Source: a bacterium (GTDB taxonomy: Bacteria; Patescibacteriota; Minisyncoccia; Phycocordibacterales; UBA12088). From it: a stretch of DNA of 64,000 bases. Location: positions 196-64,195 of the forward strand of contig QKEV01000002.1 in NCBI GenBank assembly GCA_003252295.1, written 5' to 3'. Shown one piece after another: positions 56,958-64,000 of the stretch. Below the pieces are notes generated by a model. The model had not been told where the DNA came from and ran no database searches. It saw only the letters and a list, made by a program, of their open reading frames with translations. Every line of letters starts with the position of its first letter. Position 1 is the stretch's first letter. Position numbers and translations under genes: made by a program.

Positions 56958-58616
56958 TTACATCATTCCTCCCATTCCTCCCATACCTCCCATTGGAGGC
57001 ATTGCAGCCTGCTTCTCCTGCTCTTCCGGAGACTCAGCTATTGCCACCTCAGTGGTGAGGAGTATTGCAGCAGCGCTTGCTGCATTCTGCACTCCTGAGC
57101 GAGTCACCTTAACTGGGTCAATGATACCCTTGTCGAGCATGTTCACATACTCGCCGGTGGTTGCATCAAAACCGAGTGCACCCTTATCACTTGCCACCTT
57201 ATTTACTACAACCATTGCACCATCCTCACGTCCAGAGTTAAACGCTATCTGATAGAGTGGCATGAGAAGGGCTTTCAAAAGTATTTCATATCCAGCCAAA
57301 AACTCCTGATCCTCCTTCATGGAAGACATCTTTTCAGTCAAACGATTTGATATCTTTGCGAGCGTTGCACCACCTCCTGGCACTATTCCCTCCTCGATTG
57401 CTGCCTTTGTTGCATTCACCGCATCTTCGATCTTATCCTTGAGGTACTTCATCTCAGTCTCGGTCGTAGCACCAACACGGATAACAGCGACACCTCCACT
57501 CAACTTTGCAATACGCTCTTCAAGCTTCTCCCGATCAAACTTACTGTCAGTATTTTCAAGTTGCTTTTTGAGTGATGTAACACGTTTCTCAATCTCTTCT
57601 TTCGTACCCTTACCACCGATGATAAGTGTTGAATCTTTTGTTGAAACAATTCGTGACGCCTTTCCAAGATGTTCTCCAGTTGCCTTCTCAAGTGTAAGTC
57701 CAAGATCTTCAGAAACAACTTGTGCACCAACAGTAGTGGCAATATCCTGCATCATATCCTTCTTCCTGTCACCATAACCTGGTGCCTTCACTACGAGCAC
57801 ATTGAATGCTCCTCGAAGCTTATTCACTACAAATGTCGCTAGTGCCTCACCGTCACAATCATCAGCAATAATCACTAGGTCTTTACTACCCTTCTGAGCC
57901 AAACCCTCAAGAAGTGGAAGGATCTCCTTCACAGTTGAGATCTTCTTATCAGTTACAAGTACAGCAACTTCCTTGTACTCTGCCTCCATGCGCTCAGAGT
58001 TGGTTATCATGTACGGAGAAACGTAACCATTGTCAAACTCAAGCCCTTCAACCACATCACTCTCAATACCAAACGACTGACTCTCTTCAACCGTCACCAC
58101 ACCATCCTTACCAACCTTCTCAATAGTTTCAGCAATAACTTTACCAAGCTCCTCGCTTTCAGAAGAAACTGTTGCAACCTGTTTTATCTCATCATCACTC
58201 TTCACCTGCTTTGCCATTGCTTTCAGTTCAGCAACTGTATCTTTCATTGCTTCATCGATACCTCGACGGACATTCATCACGTTTGCACCAAGTGCCGTAC
58301 GCTTCATTCCTTCACGTACAATTGCCTGTGTTACCACAACTGCAGTTGAGGTACCATCACCAGCAGCATCATTTGTTTTTGAGGCAACCTCCTTAACAAT
58401 CTCAGCACCCATGTTCTCAAACTTATCCTTAAGGGTTATTTCCTTTGCTATAGATACACCATCGTTGGTAATGGTTGGAGCACCAAAACCTCTATCAAGT
58501 GCTACATTTCGACCACGTGGGCCAATAGTTGCACGCACCGCATCACTCACCGCATCTACACCACGCTTGAGCGCCTTACGTACATCTTCTCCAAATACAA
58601 TGTCTTTACTAGCCAT
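56958..58616 (-). CDS. groL: chaperonin GroEL (ORF-track start 58640; likely MASKDIVFG)
   Basis: AAKDIVFGED-like start, DGTSTAVVV...GGMGGMGGMM C-terminal GGM tail. Confidence 0.95.
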   Translation of the reverse strand: MASKDIVFGEDVRKALKRGVDAVSDAVRATIGPRGRNVALDRGFGAPTITNDGVSIAKEITLKDKFENMGAEIVKEVASKTNDAAGDGTSTAVVVTQAIVREGMKRTALGANVMNVRRGIDEAMKDTVAELKAMAKQVKSDDEIKQVATVSSESEELGKVIAETIEKVGKDGVVTVEESQSFGIESDVVEGLEFDNGYVSPYMITNSERMEAEYKEVAVLVTDKKISTVKEILPLLEGLAQKGSKDLVIIADDCDGEALATFVVNKLRGAFNVLVVKAPGYGDRKKDMMQDIATTVGAQVVSEDLGLTLEKATGEHLGKASRIVSTKDSTLIIGGKGTKEEIEKRVTSLKKQLENTDSKFDREKLEERIAKLSGGVAVIRVGATTETEMKYLKDKIEDAVNATKAAIEEGIVPGGGATLAKISNRLTEKMSSMKEDQEFLAGYEILLKALLMPLYQIAFNSGREDGAMVVVNKVASDKGALGFDATTGEYVNMLDKGIIDPVKVTRSGVQNAASAAAILLTTEVAIAESPEEQEKQAAMPPMGGMGGMGGMM

Positions 58617-58632
58617 ACTTACTTGTTTTTTA

Positions 58633-58956
58633 CTAATCAATTATTATTGCACTAATATTACTTTCCGATACGAGGTAGTACTCAACTCCTCCATACTCAA
58701 CCTTGTCACCCCACTGGAAAATAACCACATCGCCCACCTTAACACTCATAGGAATGCGTTTCTCGCCATCATCGTCCCAGCGACCAGGACCAGCAGCAAC
58801 AATCTTTCCACGATCAGCTTTTTCCCGCTCAATGGTCTCCGGAATAATAATACCTGAAGGGGAAGTAGTGCCGAGCTCCTCATCTCCGAGTGGTCGAATG
58901 AGTACCTTATCTGCGAGTGGACGTAGATTCGGCGTATTTTTTTCGTCTTTTGACAT
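58633..58956 (-). CDS. groS: co-chaperonin GroES (ORF-track start 59019 rejected)
   Basis: LRPLADKVLIRPLGDEE...SGIIIPETIEREKADRGKIVAAG...GDVVIFQWGDKVEYGG. Confidence 0.9.
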   Translation of the reverse strand: MSKDEKNTPNLRPLADKVLIRPLGDEELGTTSPSGIIIPETIEREKADRGKIVAAGPGRWDDDGEKRIPMSVKVGDVVIFQWGDKVEYGGVEYYLVSESNISAIIID

Positions 58957-59120
58957 AATACGTCTGTTGTTACTTAAAAAAATCTGGTAATAAATGTGTA
59001 GGGAAACATTTACACCCACACAATGTAATAAGAATCGGAGCCAGTATACAACACAGAAAGAATTTCACAACAGCACTGCATCTGTTGTCAGAAAACAGTA
59101 TTCGGTGTACCATTCAACCC

Positions 59121-59354
59121 ATGCAATTTATACAAACAATTCTTCCATACGCACAGGTTGTACTGTCGATATTTTTGATCGCTGCAGTACTCTTGCAGAC
59201 CCGCGGTTCATCTGTTGGTGGAGCTTTTGGCGGCAGTGACGGAGGTTCAACGTTTTACACACGTCGCGGTGCTGAAAAAACATTTTTTCAAGCTACAATT
59301 GTTATTAGTGTGCTGTTCGTTTTGACTGCGTTCCTTACGTTCTACACAAGCTAG
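59121..59354 (+). CDS. secG: preprotein translocase subunit SecG (ORF-track start 59085)
   Basis: VLSIFLIAAVLLQTRGSSVGGAFGGSDG... Confidence 0.8.
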   Translation: MQFIQTILPYAQVVLSIFLIAAVLLQTRGSSVGGAFGGSDGGSTFYTRRGAEKTFFQATIVISVLFVLTAFLTFYTS

Positions 59355-59401
59355 AAACGAAACGAACATCTACTACACAACACCCTTGAACGTATAGAAC
59401 A

Positions 59402-61321
59402 ATGGGTGTTATGCGGTGGCTAAAATATCATATGGATTCACCAGAGACGGAACAACCAATAAGTACCATTTCAAAAAAACACAAGCATTCTTTCTTCGAT
59501 ACACTCATCGAATTGGGTACTTTTGAAAAACTTTTCGTGAGCATACTCATACTGCTCATTGTGGTGAGCGGTACGCAAATCCTCTACAAGAAAAATAAAG
59601 CAACATTCATAGAAATTCCACGTGATGGTGGCACGTATGTTGAAGGTATTATTGGTACTCCTCGTTTTATCAATCCACTCCTTGCGGTATCAAATGCAGA
59701 CAAAGACCTTACTTCACTCGTATACGCTGGACTTCTTACTCGAGACGCAGATGGTAATCTCATTCCCGAACTAGCTGAGTCGTACACCATTTCCGAGGAT
59801 GGAACAGCATATACCTTTAAACTTAAAGAAGGACTTGTTTTTCATGATGGAGTTGCACTCACGGCAGACGATGTAGTCTACACCATCAACCAAGCAAGTA
59901 ATCCTTCAATGCGCAGTGCCGTCTTTTCAAACTGGGAAGGTATTACTGTTGAAAAGGTAGACAACCTCACCGTTACCTTTACCCTGCCTGAACCCTACGC
60001 ACCATTCATCGAAAATTTCACACTTGGCATACTCCCTGCACATATCTGGAGTGATCTCACCCCAGAAAACGTTACGTACAGCGAGTTTAATAAAACACCT
60101 GTTGGTGCTGGGCCATTTAAATTTGGTTCAATAGAACGTACCAAATCAGGTATACCATTACAGTACAACCTAGAACGTTTTGAAGGCTATACTCTTGGTG
60201 CACCATACATTCACACTATTGAATTTATCCTATACGACAACAATGAAGATGCTCTCACTGCATATACACAGGGAAAACTAGACGCGTTACACAACATTGC
60301 ACCTGTTAACCTTGAGGTGCTTCTCAACTCAAATACGAACATTCAAGCATCCGTTCATAGAGCCCCACTCTTACGCACATTTGGTATTTTCCTTAACCAC
60401 AACCAACAGCGCCTCTTCCTAGAAGATGAAGTACTTGAAGCACTCAAAGAAGCTACTCCTAAAAAAGCTATTGTTGGTGAAATACTGCGTGGTTACGGAA
60501 CTGTCATAGACAGCCCACTCCCTACCCACCTTTTGGCATCAGAAGATGAAATAACACTCGACACCACTACAGCAACCAACTCAGACGAAACAGAAGGAGG
60601 TATCGAAGAAGAACTCGATGAAGCAGTAACGGAAGAGACTGTCGAAGAGGCAGTTGAAGAGATCGAGGAAGAAAAGGTAAGTTCAGTGAACTCTATAGAA
60701 CGTGCTCGTGCCATTCTTGAGAACGAAGGATGGCGACGAGGTGAGGACGGTGTCTACGTTTACAAGAATGATGATTCAGAACTACGGCTCTCTATGTCAC
60801 TCAGTACAGTAAACACACCAGAACTCGTTCAAGCTGCGCAGCGTATAGCTGAGAGCTGGCGTGAGGTTGGCTTTGAAGTTGAACTCAAGGTGTTTGACCC
60901 AACAGACCTCACTCAGTCTGTGATACGCCCTCGAAAGTTTGATGCGCTTCTCTTTGGTATGGTCATTGGTCATGAACTTGACCTCTATGCTTTCTGGCAC
61001 AGCTCACAGAGAAACGACCCTGGATTGAACATCGCACAGTATGCAGATATAGACGCTGATGCACTCCTTGAGCAGATGCGTACAGAGCAAGATGCACAGA
61101 AACGTACAGAACTCTATCGTGAGTTTGTAGCACTCATCCAAAAACAAAACCCTGCCATCTTCCTCTATACTCCTGACTTTACCTACCTAGTGAACAATCG
61201 GGTCAACAATGTATCAATACACCCACTCTCAGAGGCGAGTGAACGTTTCGATACCGTACACACCTGGTACCTTGAGTCAGACAATGTCTGGCCATTCATG
61301 GAACAACTACTCAAGCGTTAG
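59402..61321 (+). CDS. membrane-anchored peptide/nickel-type solute-binding protein (SBP family 5, OppA/DppA-like) with acidic insertion
   Basis: N-terminal TM; SEDGTAYTFKLKEGLVFHDGVALTADDVVYTIN family-5 signature region; EEELDEAVTEETVEEAVEEIEEE insert. Confidence 0.8.
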   Translation: MGVMRWLKYHMDSPETEQPISTISKKHKHSFFDTLIELGTFEKLFVSILILLIVVSGTQILYKKNKATFIEIPRDGGTYVEGIIGTPRFINPLLAVSNADKDLTSLVYAGLLTRDADGNLIPELAESYTISEDGTAYTFKLKEGLVFHDGVALTADDVVYTINQASNPSMRSAVFSNWEGITVEKVDNLTVTFTLPEPYAPFIENFTLGILPAHIWSDLTPENVTYSEFNKTPVGAGPFKFGSIERTKSGIPLQYNLERFEGYTLGAPYIHTIEFILYDNNEDALTAYTQGKLDALHNIAPVNLEVLLNSNTNIQASVHRAPLLRTFGIFLNHNQQRLFLEDEVLEALKEATPKKAIVGEILRGYGTVIDSPLPTHLLASEDEITLDTTTATNSDETEGGIEEELDEAVTEETVEEAVEEIEEEKVSSVNSIERARAILENEGWRRGEDGVYVYKNDDSELRLSMSLSTVNTPELVQAAQRIAESWREVGFEVELKVFDPTDLTQSVIRPRKFDALLFGMVIGHELDLYAFWHSSQRNDPGLNIAQYADIDADALLEQMRTEQDAQKRTELYREFVALIQKQNPAIFLYTPDFTYLVNNRVNNVSIHPLSEASERFDTVHTWYLESDNVWPFMEQLLKR

Positions 61322-62137
61322 TTATAAACTCCAAGTATTCTTTTTCTTTTGCACAATCCCTTCTTTATGAAGACTATTGAGTTGTTGAGTTATATCTGCA
61401 ACATCTCTCTCAATGAAACGGGCGAGCTTACGTACAGTACAGGTATCATGTTCTCCAAGGACACGAACTATAGCCCCTCTAAGTTCCCTATTTGAGCCTT
61501 TGAATTTTGTTTGCTTGGTATAGTGAATACTCTTGCTGTTTGTTTTTACACCAGTACTTTTTAGGTATGCACCGTAGTCCATGAGTGCCCAAAGCCACTC
61601 ACGTGGTTTTTTGGTATCGAGGAGTTCCTCGGCTAGAGCAAGTAGTTCAGTATCACTCACCCTTCCCCTATCAAAAGACAAGTGATGAAAAAGTACTGTT
61701 CGTACATTGGTTTCAATAGTTGGAACAGGTGTGTTATATGCAATATTACAGACCGCTGCCGCAGTGTAAGGACCAACACCAGGAAGTACAAGTAGTCCAC
61801 CATACGTTTTTGGAAACCTTCCCCCATACTCAGCAACCACCATCTTTGCAGCCTCATGTAGACGCTTTGCTCGACTGTTGTATCCAAGCCCTTGCCAGAG
61901 GACCAAGACTTCTTTGAGTGAAGCTTGCGAAAGAACTTTAACTGTAGGAAATGCGTGCAAGAACTCTTTGTACTTTGGAGCAACACGTACAACCTGTGTC
62001 TGTTGCAGCATCATCTCAGAAACGAGTATGCGATAGGGATTTATGTTCTTTCTCCACAGTAAATCGTGCCTACCATGTTTTTTGTAGTAGTCCCATACAA
62101 CTTCTCGCACTGTATGCAACTTTCTTTTGTTCGTCAT
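61322..62137 (-). CDS. HhH-GPD family DNA glycosylase (MutY/Nth-like, no Fe-S cysteine cluster) with C-terminal winged-helix-like region
   Basis: LVSEMMLQQTQVVRVAPKYKEFL..., LPGVGPYTAAAV HhH-GPD loop; no CX6CX2CX5C. Confidence 0.7.
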   Translation of the reverse strand: MTNKRKLHTVREVVWDYYKKHGRHDLLWRKNINPYRILVSEMMLQQTQVVRVAPKYKEFLHAFPTVKVLSQASLKEVLVLWQGLGYNSRAKRLHEAAKMVVAEYGGRFPKTYGGLLVLPGVGPYTAAAVCNIAYNTPVPTIETNVRTVLFHHLSFDRGRVSDTELLALAEELLDTKKPREWLWALMDYGAYLKSTGVKTNSKSIHYTKQTKFKGSNRELRGAIVRVLGEHDTCTVRKLARFIERDVADITQQLNSLHKEGIVQKKKNTWSL

Positions 62138-62268
62138 ATTACTTAAGACTTACGAGTTTTAATGAAGTTCAAGGCATGAAGGAAACGAAAACACGAGTCG
62201 TATGTATTATACGGTGAGAGTTTGAGTGACTGAAATAACGAAGAAATTCGCAAAACTCGTAAGTCTTG

Positions 62269-62943
62269 CTAGACTCGGAAAACTTTGGCTGCTGGAGGAT
62301 ATATTTTCACAAGAGGATCAGTGCTTGTGTCATACTTCCGGGCAGGTGCAATCGTCCGTCCATACTCAATAGCCCGATAGGTGAACTCAAACCACTCCTT
62401 TTTTGGTAAAAGCTCCATGAGCTCCCGCTCTATTTTTACCGGATCATCCGCATCTACAAGACCATAACGAATACAGAAACGTTTTACATGAGTATCAACT
62501 GCTATACCCTCAACAACATCATATGCATTCCCTAGTACGACATTTGCGGTCTTTCTGGCAACCCCTGGAATCCTGAGTAGTTCATCCATAGTCTTAGGAA
62601 CCTTTCCATCGTACTCTTCTTTCAACATTCTTGCAGCAGCAAGGACATTTTTTGCTTTATTTTTATAAAACCCTGTCTGTCGAATATCCTGCTCAAACTC
62701 TGCAACATCAGCGTGCACATAGTCATCAAGTTTTTTGTACTTCTTGAAGAGTTTCTCAGTCACCTCATTCACCTTCTTGTCAGTACACTGCGCTGAAAGT
62801 ACCACAGCCACGAGAAGCTCCCAGTTGTTCCCATAGTTGAGTGCCATACCCACCTTTGGAAACAACTTCTTGAGTTTCGTATTAAGTTTTTGTATACGAG
62901 CTTTCCGTTCATTGAACAGCTCTGTTTTAGTCTTTTTTGTCAT
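62269..62943 (-). CDS. nth: endonuclease III-like HhH-GPD glycosylase/lyase (ORF-track start 63069 rejected; no Fe-S cluster cysteines)
   Basis: ELLVAVVLSAQCTDKKVNEVTEKLFKKY; LLRIPGVARKTANVVLGNAY; catalytic Lys/Asp spacing; overlaps next ORF by 17 nt. Confidence 0.75.
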   Translation of the reverse strand: MTKKTKTELFNERKARIQKLNTKLKKLFPKVGMALNYGNNWELLVAVVLSAQCTDKKVNEVTEKLFKKYKKLDDYVHADVAEFEQDIRQTGFYKNKAKNVLAAARMLKEEYDGKVPKTMDELLRIPGVARKTANVVLGNAYDVVEGIAVDTHVKRFCIRYGLVDADDPVKIERELMELLPKKEWFEFTYRAIEYGRTIAPARKYDTSTDPLVKIYPPAAKVFRV

Positions 62944-64000
62944 CGTTATGTACAGCTTCTGTTTCCTCGGTTGCTGTCTCAGTAGCAGAGGTAACAGGTA
63001 CCTCTGTGTTACCACTACGGTTTTTCCATAGCGTCGTGTAGATATACATACACACTGCGTTAAATGCAAAAAGGAAAATTAGTGTCCGTGCAAACCATCC
63101 TAACACTGGAACAAAAGCAATAACGGTAAATGTTACAGCACCGAATGATACCCACGACAGGGTGAACTCATCATCGGTTCGCTTGAGCCATCGCGCAAGT
63201 ATGACACCAGCGATCACAGGAGCAAGCGCAAGAGCAATTACGACACTGATGATGTATGCCATAAAGAGCACCATGCCTGGTAACACACCAAGAATGGTAA
63301 CCATGAGAAAGACAGATGCTATCGGCCAGAAGAAGAGTAGCAAGAGCCCCTTAAGTACCTGAATAGGCTTTTCTTCAAAGACTGTTGCGGTCATTTGTTT
63401 TGTTGCAGACGGGAAGAAGAATACGAGCACTACAGCAGACAATACTGCGATAAGAATAGAGGTGATTGCTCCCATCCAATCAAGACTACCCTGTGTTGAT
63501 GACCCGCCGCCCATAACATCATGCTGTATCTCTCCCTGCACAACCGACGTGTCAGGAATAAAAGCCTCGTGTGATGATTCGTATATGAGATTACCTGCAA
63601 TGTTTGCATTATTCATTACTGAAAGTGACTCAGAGACCTGGACCTCAACATCATTAAAGATATCGCCTTTTATCTCAATGAGTCGTCCATTTAGTACCAC
63701 CTTACCATGCACCTCTCCTCTGAAATCAATGTAGTCAGCAAACACAAAGAGGTCTCCTTCTATGACTGTACTCTCACGTATTTCAATTGAACCGCCTCCA
63801 ATGATCACATCTTCTCCCACATGTCCCTCCAAGAGAACATTTCCTCCGACAACACGTGCGTCCCCTGTAATATTTCCGGAAAGTGTTACCGTTCCACCTG
63901 CAAGGAAAGCATCTTCTTCAATGATACCGTCTGAAATCACTTCTGAACCGAGTGCAAAGACATCTCCTGTAGTGGTACCAGAAAGCTGTACGAGTTTTTC
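62927..64000 (-). CDS. polymer-forming bactofilin/DUF583-like beta-helical repeat protein fused to multi-TM C-terminal domain; N-terminus likely beyond window end
   Basis: Repeated GxVxGxV units (GNITGDARVVGGNVLLEGHVGEDVIIGGGSIEI...) then four TM helices; frame stays open to position 64000. Confidence 0.45.
   Translation of the reverse strand, partial: EKLVQLSGTTTGDVFALGSEVISDGIIEEDAFLAGGTVTLSGNITGDARVVGGNVLLEGHVGEDVIIGGGSIEIRESTVIEGDLFVFADYIDFRGEVHGKVVLNGRLIEIKGDIFNDVEVQVSESLSVMNNANIAGNLIYESSHEAFIPDTSVVQGEIQHDVMGGGSSTQGSLDWMGAITSILIAVLSAVVLVFFFPSATKQMTATVFEEKPIQVLKGLLLLFFWPIASVFLMVTILGVLPGMVLFMAYIISVVIALALAPVIAGVILARWLKRTDDEFTLSWVSFGAVTFTVIAFVPVLGWFARTLIFLFAFNAVCMYIYTTLWKNRSGNTEVPVTSATETATEETEAVHNDDKKD

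Noticed and set aside
1-64000. rRNA genes, tmRNA, SRP RNA, riboswitches
   Set aside because: I could not recognise rRNA, tmRNA or SRP RNA signature sequences by eye, and found no obvious riboswitch consensus. Their absence cannot be asserted without a covariance-model scan (Infernal/Rfam), which I cannot run.

Overview
This window is a low-GC bacterial chromosome segment whose gene content resembles a reduced-genome Patescibacteria/CPR-like organism: short Rel and IF-2, TrbC/VirB2-like mini-proteins, and solute-binding proteins without permeases. That taxonomy is an inference, not a database result. Housekeeping genes I can call from the sequence: the dcw cluster (mraZ-rsmH-ftsL-ftsI-murF), rel, an orphan parB, miaA, xseA/xseB, clpB, iscS, infB-rbfA, gyrA, rpsA, the RNase P RNA, htpX-lemA, groES-groEL, secG, an OppA-like SBP, and two HhH-GPD glycosylases. 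I read eleven tRNA genes by hand: Glu, Leu-CAA, Trp, Tyr, Cys, Leu-TAA, Leu-TAG, Lys, Ser-CGA and Ser-GGA, plus a pseudo-tRNA fragment. Three things stand out. First, a monocistronic 1004-aa major vault protein (MVP) homolog (35029..38043), identified by its shoulder-domain and MVP-repeat motifs, is divergently paired with a NUDIX hydrolase and sits between two tRNA-Leu genes. Second, almost every tRNA gene is followed 140-290 bp downstream by a 13-19 nt partial duplicate of its own 3' end. The intervening inserts fall into at least three sequence families (A at Trp, Leu-TAG and Ser-GGA; B at Tyr, Leu-TAA and Ser-CGA; C at Lys). Degenerate tRNA-Tyr 3'-end copies also recur about 1.2 and 1.9 kb downstream of tRNA-Tyr, at the boundaries of small genes encoding hypothetical proteins. 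This is the signature of a very active tRNA-3'-end-targeted integration system leaving miniature elements and att-like scars. Third, a tRNA-Glu-adjacent pair looks like a defence module: an HNH endonuclease followed by an OLD-family ATPase-TOPRIM nuclease (GajA-like) that runs off the window start. A six-gene tandem array of paralogous two-TM pilin-like mini-proteins, downstream of a membrane-anchored family-1 SBP and a methyltransferase, is also notable.
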